Shown piece after piece: positions 16,501 to 28,212 of a DNA stretch of 64,000 nt (the stretch's first letter is position 1; each line of letters begins with the position of its first letter). Origin of the DNA: Escherichia coli (GTDB lineage Bacteria > Pseudomonadota > Gammaproteobacteria > Enterobacterales > Enterobacteriaceae); the NCBI RefSeq assembly GCF_044324785.1, contig NZ_CP172127.1; one strand, given 5' to 3'. A program made the position numbers and the translations under genes. The notes beneath the pieces were generated by a model. That model was not told the origin of the DNA, did no database searches, and was given only the letters and a program-made list of their open reading frames with translations.

Positions 16501-17786
16501 AGCGCGGTTGCTCCCTTAATGCCATCTTTCAGCAAGTTGATCAGTCCAATTTTCTTCGCGTGTCCCATGATCATTTTGCGTACCGGTTGGTTAGGTTTGC
16601 CGTCAATGGTGAACATCTCGTTCATGATGTCGGCGACCATGCGCGGATACTGACTAAACAGGCGCGGATTTTCCATCAGCGCCGGGATCTTGCGGAAATG
16701 CTGCATATCGCGCATAACACAACTTTGTTCCAGCTCACGTTTGTATTGCGCCAGACTGCTGGTGGAGAAATCCGCGCGTTCTTTGGCGGCAATCACCGTT
16801 GTGGCGGCAGCCTGAGCTGATGCAATGGCTAAATCCATGCCGCGAACTGTAAAACCCAAATTCAGGCAGAAGCCTGCGGCGTCACCAACGATCATCACGC
16901 CATCGTTAACCAGCTGCGGCACCATCGCCAGACCGCCTTCCGGTACCATATGCGCGGAGTATTCAAGCAGTTTGCCGCCGCTAATCAGCGGGCGAATGGC
17001 GGGGTGTTGTTTAAAATCTTCCAGCATTTGCGGCACGCTTTTTTGCGCATGGGCGATATCACCCAATCCACAAACCAGCCCCAACGATATGGAATCCTTA
17101 TTGGTATAGAGGAATCCGCCACCCATCAGGCCGTCAGAAGGGGAACCGGCAAACAGCCAGGCGGCACCTTCCTCGCCCGTAATATTAAAGCGATCGTTGA
17201 TCTGTTCTGGTGTGAGGCCAATAACCTCTTTAACACCAACAGCGTAATGATGCGGATCGGAAGCGGGAACCATTCCCAGCGAGCGGCCAAGCATCGAGTT
17301 AACGCCATCAGCCAGAATCACCACATTCGCTTCGAGAATATCATCCCCAGCCTGGACGCCAGTGACCTTGTTTCCTTCACGAACCAGCGCATCGACGCGA
17401 ACGCCCGGGATAAACTGTGCGCCCGCCTGCTCGGCTTGTTCCATCAACCACGGGTCCAGACGATTACGCAATACGGTATAAGATGCGTGTTGCGGAACAT
17501 CTGGTTGCTCGCGGTGAAAATCGAGGGTAACGGCGCTCTCTTCGGTTAAGAAGGAGATTTTCTCGCGTGTGACCTTGCGTTCTACCGGCGCTGATGCTGC
17601 AAAGCCTGGAATGATTGCTTCAAGTGTGTGGGCATAAAGACGCCCGCCGGTCATGTTTTTACATCCGGCACTGTCGCCGCGTTCTATCACCAGGACATCC
17701 AGCCCGGCTTGCGCCATGACCAGTGCGGCAACGCTACCAGCAACGCCCGCACCGACCACAATGGCATCAAATTTGTCATCCGACAT
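16497..17786 (-). CDS. ydiS: FAD-dependent oxidoreductase, ETF-quinone oxidoreductase-like (FixC-like)
   Basis: 429-aa ORF with N-terminal dinucleotide-binding motif VVGAGVAGS; 4-bp overlap with ydiT. Confidence 0.88.
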   Translation of the reverse strand: MSDDKFDAIVVGAGVAGSVAALVMAQAGLDVLVIERGDSAGCKNMTGGRLYAHTLEAIIPGFAASAPVERKVTREKISFLTEESAVTLDFHREQPDVPQHASYTVLRNRLDPWLMEQAEQAGAQFIPGVRVDALVREGNKVTGVQAGDDILEANVVILADGVNSMLGRSLGMVPASDPHHYAVGVKEVIGLTPEQINDRFNITGEEGAAWLFAGSPSDGLMGGGFLYTNKDSISLGLVCGLGDIAHAQKSVPQMLEDFKQHPAIRPLISGGKLLEYSAHMVPEGGLAMVPQLVNDGVMIVGDAAGFCLNLGFTVRGMDLAIASAQAAATTVIAAKERADFSTSSLAQYKRELEQSCVMRDMQHFRKIPALMENPRLFSQYPRMVADIMNEMFTIDGKPNQPVRKMIMGHAKKIGLINLLKDGIKGATAL

Positions 17787-17841
17787 GCGTTATGCTCCCT
17801 TCCCGCTGCGTTTACAGCGGGAGATGTGGTTGAAAGGGGAA

Positions 17842-18780
17842 TTAGCGGCTCAACTGGCTAATCAGGGCAGGGACGACTTTGTAGATATCGCCCACCAGAC
17901 CGTAGTCGGCATAGTTGAAGATTGGCGCATTTTTATCTTTATTGATGGCGACAATCACTTTTGCGCCGTTGCCGCCAACCATATGCTGGATCTGCCCGGA
18001 GATTCCCAGCGTCAGGTAGAGATCGGATTTCAGCAACACGCCGGAGACACCGATATAACGTTCACGCTCCATCCAGTTCTCGCCTTCGGCAATTGGACGT
18101 GAACAGCCGACTTCAGCATTCAGAACCGCCGCCAGTTCGTGGACCATTTTCAGGTCATCCTGCGCTGCCAGACCACGACCGACGCCAACCACACGTTTTG
18201 CTTTGCTCAGGTCCACGCTGCTTGCCGCTTTCGCACGGCGTTCGCGACAGAGAATTTCATGACGCGGGGCAACATAAGGTACCGTTTCTGTCGGGCACTG
18301 ATGAGAGGTATCACTGGTGCACGGTTCCTGAACACCGGGTGCAAGGGTAATGATCGCCAGCGGGCTGTTGATCTTTTCCTGTGCGAACGCTAACCCGCCA
18401 TACATCCGGTGTTCGGCGCAAATGTGACCATCGACAATATCCACCGCCGTGGCATCGTTCACCAGCGCCGCATTCAGTTGCACACTTAACCGTGCTGCCA
18501 GAGCTTTACCACGTTTCGTCGCGGCCAACAGCAACATAGCGGGGTGTTTATCTTTCAGCAGGGCAGCAATGCTTTCGGCGTAATTTTCAGTACGTTGCAG
18601 CGCATCATTTTGCTCAAGAACATAAATACATTTTGGACCATAAGGCATAACTGCCTGCGCCTGGTCGGTATTTTGTACAATGGCATACACCTGTTGACCC
18701 CATTGCTGCGCGCCGCCAAACAGTTCAGCATAACGTTCAGGATTATCGCTAAAGACCCAGACGCTGTTTAATTGACTCAT
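17842..18780 (-). CDS. ydiR: electron transfer flavoprotein alpha subunit (FixB-like)
   Basis: 312-aa ORF; ETF alpha family. Confidence 0.88.
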   Translation of the reverse strand: MSQLNSVWVFSDNPERYAELFGGAQQWGQQVYAIVQNTDQAQAVMPYGPKCIYVLEQNDALQRTENYAESIAALLKDKHPAMLLLAATKRGKALAARLSVQLNAALVNDATAVDIVDGHICAEHRMYGGLAFAQEKINSPLAIITLAPGVQEPCTSDTSHQCPTETVPYVAPRHEILCRERRAKAASSVDLSKAKRVVGVGRGLAAQDDLKMVHELAAVLNAEVGCSRPIAEGENWMERERYIGVSGVLLKSDLYLTLGISGQIQHMVGGNGAKVIVAINKDKNAPIFNYADYGLVGDIYKVVPALISQLSR

Positions 18781-18799
18781 CGTTTCTTCTCCGTAGGCT

Positions 18800-19564
18800 T
18801 CAGTTCAGGGCTTTCTTCAGATGTTCCACCAGCTCGGCAATGGCCTCCGGCGAATCGTTATCGAGAATGATGTGCTTACGTTCTGTTTGCGGCGGTACGC
18901 GAATGCCGGTCAGTTCAGCAAGTGGTGCGCTCTGGCTCCAGCCAATATCACTTGCCTGCCACTGATTTACCGGTTTTTTACCCGCGCCGAGAATGGCTTT
19001 CATCGAAGGAATGCGTGGCATGTTAATATCGGAGGTGACGCAGAGCACGGCTGGAACAGAGAGCTCAATAACTTCAACATCATCTTCAAGCGTGCGTTCA
19101 ATCACCAGTGTATTGCCCTGACGCTGAATAGCACTCACTGCATTAATCACCGGAAGTTGCAGAATTTCTCCGACCAGCAAGCCAACCTGCTGGGCATAAA
19201 GGTCGCCGGAACCTTCACCAAAGATCAGTAAATCGAAGCCGATCTTTTCAACTGCTGCCGCCAGCGCCTTTGCGGTATCGAGAGGCAGTGCATGTTCAAG
19301 TTGCGCATCCTGCACCAAATACAGGCTATGCGGCCCGCGGGATAGCACGTCTTTGCGCACTTTCGAGTTCTGCAACAATGAGCCACCAATAGTCAGCGCG
19401 GCTATCTCATCGTCATCTGTTGCAAGCTGGCTTGCAGCTTCAATGGCATTGAGATCGAACTGGCTGATTTTGGCGTCGGCATTGTCGAAATTCAGGGTAT
19501 ATTCTGGAGTGACAACAATGTCCTGTTCTTCAGGCACCAGCTTAAAGCAGGTTATTATTTTCAT
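18800..19564 (-). CDS. ydiQ: electron transfer flavoprotein beta subunit (FixA-like)
   Basis: ORF track 18800..19663; internal ATG gives the 254-aa MKIITCFKLVPEEQDIVV protein. Confidence 0.88.
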   Translation of the reverse strand: MKIITCFKLVPEEQDIVVTPEYTLNFDNADAKISQFDLNAIEAASQLATDDDEIAALTIGGSLLQNSKVRKDVLSRGPHSLYLVQDAQLEHALPLDTAKALAAAVEKIGFDLLIFGEGSGDLYAQQVGLLVGEILQLPVINAVSAIQRQGNTLVIERTLEDDVEVIELSVPAVLCVTSDINMPRIPSMKAILGAGKKPVNQWQASDIGWSQSAPLAELTGIRVPPQTERKHIILDNDSPEAIAELVEHLKKALN

Positions 19565-19879
19565 GATTTCTCCTGTGAGTCGCATACGGAACCATCTCCG
19601 ATGGAAGGTAAAAATGGCCTGAAAATAGTGTGCGATAGCGGTGCGGGGTTTTCGACGGAGCAAGCTGTTTTCCTTGCCAACAATCTTGCAAAAAAAATGC
19701 GATCGCTAAAACAAAAGTGCAATTTGCGGCAATATAGTTATTCCATGACCGTACAATCTTGCATTCAGTGTAAATAATCTTGTTTAGCTCTCGCTAAACG
19801 CGGTTGTATAACCGCAATACACGCCGTATTTTATCCGGCATATATTGTTTTTGCTTGCTCATGGAATAGGGAGGTTGTC

Positions 19880-20791
19880 ATGTATCAACGCTGTTTTGAT
19901 AATGCCAGTGAAACGCTGTTTGTCGCCGGTAAAACGCCACGGCTTTCACGTTTTGCATTTAGCGATGATCCAAAATGGGAGTCCGGACATCACGTTCATG
20001 ACAATGAAACCGAGTTGATTTACGTCAAGAAAGGGGTAGCAAGGTTTACCATCGATTCTTCGTTATATGTCGCGCACGCCGATGACATTGTGGTGATAGA
20101 ACGTGGCAGGCTGCATGCGGTGGCCTCTGACGTTAACGATCCAGCAACGACGTGTACCTGTGCGCTGTACGGCTTTCAGTTTCAGGGGACTGAGGAAAAT
20201 CAGCTACTGCAACCGCATTCTTGCCCGGTAATTGCCGCAGGGCAGGGAAAAGAAGTCATTAAAACCTTATTTAATGAGCTAAGTGTGATTTTGCCGCAAA
20301 GTAAAAATAGCCAAACATCTTCGTTATGGGACGCATTTGCCTATACGTTAGCAATTCTTTACTATGAAAACTTTAAAAATGCTTATCGTTCGGAGCAGGG
20401 GTATATTAAAAAAGATGTTCTGATAAAAGATATTCTTTTCTATCTGAATAATAATTATCGCGAAAAAATCACTTTAGAGCAGTTATCGAAAAAATTTCGT
20501 GCCAGCGTCAGTTATATTTGCCATGAATTTACCAAAGAGTATCGTATTTCCCCTATTAACTATGTTATTCAACGGCGTATGACGGAAGCGAAATGGTCAC
20601 TCACCAATACTGAATTATCACAGGCAGAGATCTCCTGGCGTGTGGGTTATGAAAATGTCGATCACTTTGCCAAACTGTTTTTGCGCCATGTCGGCTGTTC
20701 GCCCAGCGATTACCGCAGGCAATTTAAAAACTGTTTTGCGGAACAAGAAATCTTATCTGAATTTCCTCAACCGGTAAGTCTTGCCGGATAA
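19880..20791 (+). CDS. ydiP: AraC/XylS-family transcriptional regulator
   Basis: 303-aa ORF with C-terminal AraC-type HTH; divergent from ydiQ. Confidence 0.85.
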   Translation: MYQRCFDNASETLFVAGKTPRLSRFAFSDDPKWESGHHVHDNETELIYVKKGVARFTIDSSLYVAHADDIVVIERGRLHAVASDVNDPATTCTCALYGFQFQGTEENQLLQPHSCPVIAAGQGKEVIKTLFNELSVILPQSKNSQTSSLWDAFAYTLAILYYENFKNAYRSEQGYIKKDVLIKDILFYLNNNYREKITLEQLSKKFRASVSYICHEFTKEYRISPINYVIQRRMTEAKWSLTNTELSQAEISWRVGYENVDHFAKLFLRHVGCSPSDYRRQFKNCFAEQEILSEFPQPVSLAG

Positions 20792-20833
20792 ATCTGGCGG
20801 CGCAGTTTGTTAAGAAGCTGCGCCGCCTGCAGA

Positions 20834-21985
20834 TTATTTGTTCTGATAATCTTTCAGGATCTGCCGACCCGCTACGTAAATCATAATTTCGTCTGTACCG
20901 CCGCCGATACGTTCACAACGGACATCACGCCAGAAGCGAGAGACGCGCGCCTCATCGGTATAGCCCAGACCGCCCATGATTTGAATCGCATCATCAATGA
21001 CTTCCATTGCAGTACGTGCGCAGTACAGTTTTGCCAGCGCCGCGCTGGTGCGCAGTGACTGATGCTGATCGGCTTGCCATGCCACTTTCAACACCATGTT
21101 GCGCATGTTGTCGATCTTAATCGCCATCAGCGCCAGTTTTTCCTGGATCATCTGGTTATGACCAATGGGCTTACCAAAAGCGATACGTTGGTTGGCATAG
21201 CGGGCGGCATCTTCGAATGCGCATTCGGCAAAGCCGGTGCTGCGCGCGGCGTTGATCAGGCGCTCCATCTCAAAGTTGTACATCACATTGAGGAAACCCA
21301 TTCCTTCTTCCCCCACCATGTCGCTCTCTTCAACTTCTACGTTGTCGAGATAGACTTCGCAGGTGCTGAGCATATGCCAGCCGATTTTATGCAGCGGGTT
21401 AATCTTAATGCCGGGCTTACTGGAGTCGACCCACCACAGGGTGAAGGCTTTTTTGGGATCTTTCGGTTCTGGATCGCGCGCCAGCACCAGCATATACGGG
21501 TACTCTTTCGCGCCGGTAATAAAGGTTTTCTGGCCGTTGATGTAAACCTTGCCATTTTTACGCGTGTAAGTGGTAGTAGCACTGTTATTGTCTGAGCCTG
21601 CGCCTGGTTCCGTCAACGCCAGGGCATAGGCGGGATCACCCGTTTCCAGGGTGCTCTCTGCCGTTTTACGTAGCTGCTCAGCAGAACCGAAACGGCGCAT
21701 GCTGTGAATACATTGACCGTTGGTAATCAAAAATGCCGGAGCACCGCATTTTGACACTTCCATCAGCGCCAGCATTTGGGTGACGTAATCCGCAGGGATA
21801 CCACCAAATTCTTCCGGCACGCCAAGCATGGAAATACCGTTATCCGCCAGTGCCCGCATAAATTCACGCGGGTATGTCCCGTTTTGATCGCAGGTGCGGA
21901 AATACTCTTCCGGAAAGTTAGTCGTAATCAGTTCGCGAATACTGGCCAGCAGCAGTTCTTGTTCTTCAGTTAAAGAAAAATCCAT
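20834..21985 (-). CDS. ydiO: acyl-CoA dehydrogenase family protein
   Basis: ORF track 20834..22039; internal ATG gives the 383-aa MDFSLTEEQELL protein; ACAD family. Confidence 0.88.
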   Translation of the reverse strand: MDFSLTEEQELLLASIRELITTNFPEEYFRTCDQNGTYPREFMRALADNGISMLGVPEEFGGIPADYVTQMLALMEVSKCGAPAFLITNGQCIHSMRRFGSAEQLRKTAESTLETGDPAYALALTEPGAGSDNNSATTTYTRKNGKVYINGQKTFITGAKEYPYMLVLARDPEPKDPKKAFTLWWVDSSKPGIKINPLHKIGWHMLSTCEVYLDNVEVEESDMVGEEGMGFLNVMYNFEMERLINAARSTGFAECAFEDAARYANQRIAFGKPIGHNQMIQEKLALMAIKIDNMRNMVLKVAWQADQHQSLRTSAALAKLYCARTAMEVIDDAIQIMGGLGYTDEARVSRFWRDVRCERIGGGTDEIMIYVAGRQILKDYQNK

Positions 21986-21998
21986 CGTGATACTCCTG

Positions 21999-23594
21999 TT
22001 AATGAGCCGCTTCAGGCAGGACAAAACCCATCGCCGCATCGATAAATAATCTTTCGTCCATCAGTTTGAGTTCTGGCGAAATCACTGGGGTGAAATCCAT
22101 TTTGTCGAGAATATCTTTTTGTAAATCGACGCCAGGGGCGATTTCGATTAAATGCAGGCCGTCTTCTTTTAGCGTGAATACGGCGCGCTCAGTGATATAA
22201 CGAACATCCAGTCCTCGCTCGAGAGCGATTTTTCCGCTGAAAGTAATTTCCGGTAGTTCCCGAATAAATTTCTTCACCCGTCCTTCCTGGACGATATTTA
22301 ATTTGCCGTCGGCAATTTCTGTTTTTAAACTGCCCGCGGTTAATGTGCCGCAGAAAATGATTTTCTTCGAAGTGGCACTGATATCAATAAATCCACCGGT
22401 GCCCATGATTTTACCATTGAATTTATGCACGCCGACGTTACCGTGCTGGTCGACTTCAGCAAAACTCAAATAACAAACATCCAGACCGCCACCGTGATAA
22501 AAATCAAACTGGGACGTCATATCCAGAATGGCGCGGGTATTCACGTTCGCGCCAAAGGCGATCCCCTGTGAAGTAATTCCGCCAATCGGACCTGTTTCTA
22601 CCGTCAGAATAAAGTCATCAGCACAACCTTCTTCCCGGGCGACCAGGCCAATGCCGTCAGCAATACCGACGCCGACATTCCCCACCGCGCCTTTACGCAT
22701 TTCGAATAATGCGCGCCGCGCAACTAATTTACGTTGGTTTAGGGGCAGGCTAAGTTTGGTACTGTCATCAAGGGTGAAGTCACCAGAAATAAAGCGGTTA
22801 ACCGGTGCACCGCCATACAGTTGGGTTTGATCCGGATCGACCACCACAATATCCACCAGATAACCCGGAATACGGACAGATTTAGGATGCAGCGTGGCTT
22901 TCTTAACCATTTTCTGCACCTGCATCATCACAATACCGCCGTTATTGTGCACCGCCTGGGCAATAACCAATGCGTCGAGATACATCACCTCATCTTCAAA
23001 AGTGGCGTAGCCTTCGCTGTCGCAGGTGGTAGCGCGAATGAAGGCGATATCTGGCGCAATCGCTTTGTAATAGAGATATTCTTTGTTATCAAACTCGACC
23101 AGTTTAATCAGGTCTTCTTTAGTGACTTCATTCAGTTTGCCGCCTTGCTGGCGTGGATCGACAAATGTCCCGATGCCAATATCACTAATAATACCAGGCT
23201 GGTGGGCTGCGGCGGCGCGTAAGGTTTGTGTAAGTACACCTTGTGGATAGTTATAAGCAATAATTTTATTTTGTTCTGCGAGATCAGAAATACGCGGCGA
23301 TTGTCCCCAGTGACCGCATAATGCCCATTTCACCAGACCTTCTTGCGCCAGCGGACTAATACCGCGATCGGCGCGATCGCCAAGCCCTGTTGGACTTATA
23401 ATCGATAAATTACGTGGCGTTTGAGTCTGTTTATATTTATCAGCAAGAGCAGTAATTAACGTGGTGGCTTCCAGAATACCGCCGCCAGCGCCTAACACAC
23501 AAAGTGTTGCTTCGTCGGGAATATAATTCACCGCTTCCTGTGCCGACAGGACCGGCACTCGTCCATTAATACGAGGTGGTTTTACAGGTTTCAT
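21999..23594 (-). CDS. ydiF: family I CoA-transferase (acetate/short-chain acyl-CoA transferase, fused alpha-beta)
   Basis: 531-aa ORF; fused two-domain CoA transferase. Confidence 0.88.
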   Translation of the reverse strand: MKPVKPPRINGRVPVLSAQEAVNYIPDEATLCVLGAGGGILEATTLITALADKYKQTQTPRNLSIISPTGLGDRADRGISPLAQEGLVKWALCGHWGQSPRISDLAEQNKIIAYNYPQGVLTQTLRAAAAHQPGIISDIGIGTFVDPRQQGGKLNEVTKEDLIKLVEFDNKEYLYYKAIAPDIAFIRATTCDSEGYATFEDEVMYLDALVIAQAVHNNGGIVMMQVQKMVKKATLHPKSVRIPGYLVDIVVVDPDQTQLYGGAPVNRFISGDFTLDDSTKLSLPLNQRKLVARRALFEMRKGAVGNVGVGIADGIGLVAREEGCADDFILTVETGPIGGITSQGIAFGANVNTRAILDMTSQFDFYHGGGLDVCYLSFAEVDQHGNVGVHKFNGKIMGTGGFIDISATSKKIIFCGTLTAGSLKTEIADGKLNIVQEGRVKKFIRELPEITFSGKIALERGLDVRYITERAVFTLKEDGLHLIEIAPGVDLQKDILDKMDFTPVISPELKLMDERLFIDAAMGFVLPEAAH

Positions 23595-23739
23595 TGTTAA
23601 TTCCTGATTCAGATGTGATTTTCCCTACGCCAGATGGAGAATTAGCGCACAGAGACTCACGAAATATTTTTATTAAATACGGTTAAATATATTTTTTTTA
23701 GTTCGGCGGGGGAGGATATTCCCGCCGAAATATTATTGC

Positions 23740-24498
23740 TTATGCCTGGTGTAAAATAGTTAATACCGTGCGCAAATCATTTACCGAGATTTGCCCTGGT
23801 GCAGAGGCTTTTTTTACCGCACCAAAAGTTGCCGCCGAGCCAAATACTTCACCAGCCAGACGAGAAATTACGCCAGTTTTTGCCATCGACATCGTGATGA
23901 TTGGACGATCGGCATACTGCTCCTGCATCTCCAGGGTCGCGGCAAGCAACGTCAGCACATCGCTGGTACTTTGCGGCATCAGCGCAATCTTAGGAATATC
24001 GGCATCGAAGGACTGCATTTTGCGCAGACGGGCAATGATTTCTTCGGCTTCCGGCGTTTTATGGAAGTCATGGTTGGACATGACAACTTTCACATCATGC
24101 GCGTGGGCGTAGGCGACGGTTTCTTTAACCTGATCATCGCCGGTAAATAACTCCAGATCGATCATATCAACCAGGCCACTATCGATGGCTGCACGATTGA
24201 GTGCAATATAAGCCTCGGTGGAAATCGCCTGCTCGCCGCCTTCTTTGGCACTGCGGAAGGTAAACAGCAGCGGTTTTTCTGGCATGGTTTCACGGAGAAT
24301 TTTTGCTGCCGCCATGACAGACTCCACATTGGAGAGGTCGGCATAGTGGTCCACACGCCATTCCAGAATATCAAAGTCCGCTTCACGATAGGCGAGAGCT
24401 TCGGATTTCACGCTGGCGATATCTTTCGCCATCAGCGAGACGATGATTTTAGGTGCGCCCGTACCAATGACGAGATCTTTTACAGTTACGGTTTTCAT
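23740..24498 (-). CDS. aroD: 3-dehydroquinate dehydratase, type I
   Basis: 252-aa ORF; type I DHQase sequence recognised. Confidence 0.95.
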   Translation of the reverse strand: MKTVTVKDLVIGTGAPKIIVSLMAKDIASVKSEALAYREADFDILEWRVDHYADLSNVESVMAAAKILRETMPEKPLLFTFRSAKEGGEQAISTEAYIALNRAAIDSGLVDMIDLELFTGDDQVKETVAYAHAHDVKVVMSNHDFHKTPEAEEIIARLRKMQSFDADIPKIALMPQSTSDVLTLLAATLEMQEQYADRPIITMSMAKTGVISRLAGEVFGSAATFGAVKKASAPGQISVNDLRTVLTILHQA

Positions 24499-24528
24499 TT
24501 TTTACCCTTTCTGCACGCGGTCAGCCTG

Positions 24529-25395
24529 TCAGGCACCGAACCCCATGACCTGTTTAACATATTCCAGAGGGAAATCTTTGCCAGTCCATAACGTGAACTG
24601 TTCAGCCCCTTGCCACAACAACATGCCGTATCCATCAATCGTTTTGCAACCAGCTTGTTGCGCCTGCTGCAATAACTTCGTCATATGCGGGTTATACACG
24701 CATTCAGTGACCAGAAGTCCCGGATGTAACAGACTGATATCATTAACCAATGATTCATTCTCAAGGGGTTTCATGCCCACTTTTGTGCCATTGGTTAAAA
24801 TGTCGGCGGAAGCCAGAGCTTCAGCAAAGGCTTGCTGATCGGCGAGATCGGTAACCGTGACGACACAATCGGTGTTTTTGTTAACCCGTTGCGCGAAGGC
24901 GAGGGCTTTATCGAAGAATTCATCCCGACGGTTAAAGAGTTTAATTTCTTTTAAACCTTCAATTGCCCCCTGCGCGCCAATCGCCGTTGAGGCACCGCCG
25001 GCACCCAGCAGCACCATCGTTTTGCCTTTGATATCAAAACCGCTCTCTTTAATGGCGCGAATATGGCCCGTGCCGTCGGTGTTATAGCCACGCAGATAGC
25101 CATCATCATTAACGATGGTGTTGATGGCCCCCACCAGTTTGGCAGCTGGCGTTAATTCATCAACATATTCACATGCCAGTTGTTTGTTCGGCATCGACAC
25201 ACCAGTTCCGCGCATTTTGAGGGCTTTTAATCCTTCAATTGCTCCGGGAAAGCTATCGTTATCCACTTCAAAGGCCATATAGGTAAATGGCAATCCCGCT
25301 TTTTCTAAGGCTTTATTCTGCATTTCGGGCGATAAACTGTGGCGGATGGGATAGGCCATAAGCCCAATCAATTCGTATTTTGCGGTAACATCCAT
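24529..25395 (-). CDS. ydiB: quinate/shikimate dehydrogenase
   Basis: 288-aa ORF with Rossmann motif [10 protein letters not shown]; AroE paralogue. Confidence 0.92.
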   Translation of the reverse strand: MDVTAKYELIGLMAYPIRHSLSPEMQNKALEKAGLPFTYMAFEVDNDSFPGAIEGLKALKMRGTGVSMPNKQLACEYVDELTPAAKLVGAINTIVNDDGYLRGYNTDGTGHIRAIKESGFDIKGKTMVLLGAGGASTAIGAQGAIEGLKEIKLFNRRDEFFDKALAFAQRVNKNTDCVVTVTDLADQQAFAEALASADILTNGTKVGMKPLENESLVNDISLLHPGLLVTECVYNPHMTKLLQQAQQAGCKTIDGYGMLLWQGAEQFTLWTGKDFPLEYVKQVMGFGA

Positions 25396-25406
25396 AATTA
25401 ACTCCT

Positions 25407-26672
25407 TTAACCTCTATGCTTAATTGTGTTTAACCGGGTGCTAAATTTACGCTCGCCAAACCGCACATCATTTTCAGGAATAATGAAAACGCGGTAATAG
25501 CGGATAAAGACAATAATTGCGGTAATCAGGGCCAGCAGCGCGAAAGTAAAATCGAGAGCAATGATATATTGCAGACCGATGTTCGACAGATAACCGGTAA
25601 TCAGCGGAATAACAAAATTAGCCAGTCCACCCATCATCATATATATACTGGTGACTTTGGCTTTGCTTTTTGGGAAAAACTCTGACATGACCGAAACGCC
25701 GAGCTGTAAAATGCCGCCAGCTGCTGAGAAACCGATAACAAAGGCTCCGGCATTACACACCAATGGAGAAGGGTACAGGTAGATAATGGCAGCTGTTATT
25801 GTTGCCAGTGCAGAGTTAAATACATTAGCCCAGATGGGCCGGACCATTTTTTTCAGCAGTGCGGCAAAAATAAAGACACAGACCAGCGAACCCATACTGT
25901 AATAAGAGATGGTTTTTAATGCCTCAGCTTCTGACATACCAGCAAAAGCCATCGCATATTTGGGCATCCACACCACAATCACATAAAAGGTCGAGAATGC
26001 GGCTACACCGAACAGTACCGATGAAACACCTTCCAGCCAGACTAACGGTTTGCTGTTCATTTGCGGTAATTCATTAGCTACGCTGGCGTCCACCAACTGG
26101 CTGGGGAATTTGCTTTTCAACAGCATCAGCGTGATCAGTACAAACAGAATACCCGGAATAATCAGCCCATAGCCGTACCAGATGTTATTGAGCAACATAT
26201 AGCTCACCAGCATTGGGTAGAACATTTGTCCGAATGACACCATCGCTTTAACCAGTATGACCGCCGAACCAGAGGCTTTCGGAAAGCATTCCATGAGCGC
26301 GGGGTAGCCACCCGTATCCAGCGCTGAGTTAGCGATACCTACGCACACTGCCAGACAGTAGGCGAGAGTTAAATTCGGGCAAGCGGGAATACCAAAGAAG
26401 AATAGCAGATACATTATTACTGCCATTAATATCACCGCCCGACGACCAAACTTATCGGAGATCACACCGAAGAATAAAATACTGATCAATCGCCCCAAAC
26501 CGATACCGGAAATTAAATAGGCAATGCCCGCGTTGTCAGTGGAAAACTTTTCTGCCAGAGATGACATATTTTGGGCAAGCGTAATAACACTAATGCCGTG
26601 CAGGAAATAGCTGAAGTAAATACAAAGAACAGCCAGGATAAATGGCGTGCTGAAAGCCTTATTTTGAGACAT
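25407..26672 (-). CDS. ydiN: MFS transporter
   Basis: ORF track 25407..26678; start moved 2 codons to MSQNKAF, about 421 aa; 12-TMS-like hydrophobic profile. Confidence 0.8.
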   Translation of the reverse strand: MSQNKAFSTPFILAVLCIYFSYFLHGISVITLAQNMSSLAEKFSTDNAGIAYLISGIGLGRLISILFFGVISDKFGRRAVILMAVIMYLLFFFGIPACPNLTLAYCLAVCVGIANSALDTGGYPALMECFPKASGSAVILVKAMVSFGQMFYPMLVSYMLLNNIWYGYGLIIPGILFVLITLMLLKSKFPSQLVDASVANELPQMNSKPLVWLEGVSSVLFGVAAFSTFYVIVVWMPKYAMAFAGMSEAEALKTISYYSMGSLVCVFIFAALLKKMVRPIWANVFNSALATITAAIIYLYPSPLVCNAGAFVIGFSAAGGILQLGVSVMSEFFPKSKAKVTSIYMMMGGLANFVIPLITGYLSNIGLQYIIALDFTFALLALITAIIVFIRYYRVFIIPENDVRFGERKFSTRLNTIKHRG

Positions 26673-26898
26673 TTTCACAGCTCCTTGCTGAAAGATAATT
26701 TCGTTACCGTACGTATTGTTCTCCGACGGTTTACATAATTACTATACTGAAGATGATTTTCTCTGGGTACATGGCATAAAGTTTATGTTTCCAGGAATAT
26801 TGCATGTCATAGTTTGTTTTTGATCGCGATTTTCCTTAGTTAGCGCAGAAAGAGTTATTTATCCGTAAGATCTTGCATGACCTGAAAAGAATATTGCA

Positions 26899-28113
26899 TT
26901 ACCCACCCGGAGCGACATTTTCCTTTAGCGAGTGATGCCGCGTTTTTTTGCGGCTGCGTAAGCCGATAAACAGTGCCAGTAAAAAGCCGATGGCAGCGAT
27001 GGCGGTATCGAACCACATAATATCGGCAATACTTCTTTGGGACAGATGAGCCGTAATCAACGGAATAGTAAAGGTCGCAATACTGCCCGCACTGTAATAG
27101 ATCCCTGTAGCTTTACCTTTAGCGTAAGGGAAACGTTCAGCCATTAACGTCAGGCCAATTTGCACAACACCTCCAGCAGAGGTAAAACCAATGACAAAAG
27201 CAAATATTATCACCACATAAAATGTGGGATGCAGGCAGACGGTAAACAGAGCAATAAATGAGATAAAGGTGTACAGCATGAGTAATGTTGTTGGGCGAAC
27301 GGTATTACGAATGAGTGGAGCGGTAATAAATACACAAAGCAGCGAACCCACGGTGTAGATACTGAGTAGTTTGATCGACATAGTGTATGACATGCCTGCA
27401 ACAAATTGTCCGTACTGTGCCAGCCACTGGCTAACCAGATAAAACGTTGCCATTGAGATATAGCCATATAAGGTATAACTGGCTAAATCGATAATTGAAC
27501 AGCGATGTTCCGTAGAGCTGGTGGTTTTCTTTATGACAGGTAAGCGACGACCCGGATGGGGTGGGAACGTACAACGGTATAAAAACAGAGCGTTAATAAA
27601 CATAATGCCTGCAGCAATCATAAAGGACCAACCGAACCACAGTTCAGCCCACACTAACAGGCTAATGATTAGCGGTAATAAAAATTGTCCGCTGGAAACA
27701 AATGCTTTAATTAAAATATTGGCTGTCCCAGGTGAGCGTGGAAAAGCTTCCATCAAACTGGGATAAGTGCCTGCATCGAGAAAACTGTTTGCCATTCCCG
27801 CCAGAAAGCCCAAAACATAAGCGATAATGATGTTATTGGTGTGCAGGATGCCAAAAAAGAAGGCCATATAGCAGCACATCCCGAGCATGATAAAAGGGCG
27901 GCGACCAAAGCGATCGGATAATAATCCTGCAAAAAGCAAGACACTTAATCGACCAATGCCCAGCGATGAGATAACTATCGAGACACCCGCGGCATTAGTC
28001 TGCCAAAGTGTCTCCAGCGAGGCCATATTCAGGCTCATCAAAATGACGCCCATACCATGCACCAGGTAATTAAAATACAACCCAAGTGCGGTAGGGTAAT
28101 AGGGATTTTTCAT
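26899..28113 (-). CDS. ydiM: MFS transporter
   Basis: 404-aa hydrophobic ORF, paralogous to ydiN. Confidence 0.82.
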   Translation of the reverse strand: MKNPYYPTALGLYFNYLVHGMGVILMSLNMASLETLWQTNAAGVSIVISSLGIGRLSVLLFAGLLSDRFGRRPFIMLGMCCYMAFFFGILHTNNIIIAYVLGFLAGMANSFLDAGTYPSLMEAFPRSPGTANILIKAFVSSGQFLLPLIISLLVWAELWFGWSFMIAAGIMFINALFLYRCTFPPHPGRRLPVIKKTTSSTEHRCSIIDLASYTLYGYISMATFYLVSQWLAQYGQFVAGMSYTMSIKLLSIYTVGSLLCVFITAPLIRNTVRPTTLLMLYTFISFIALFTVCLHPTFYVVIIFAFVIGFTSAGGVVQIGLTLMAERFPYAKGKATGIYYSAGSIATFTIPLITAHLSQRSIADIMWFDTAIAAIGFLLALFIGLRSRKKTRHHSLKENVAPGG

Positions 28114-28212
28114 AGGTTCTACTTAGCAAAGGTGCTTTAAAAAGTGAAGCGATGTTGTATCAGCATCCGTTCATTATTGTTGTAACAACGACAATTCCTT
28201 TCTGTGGAAAAA

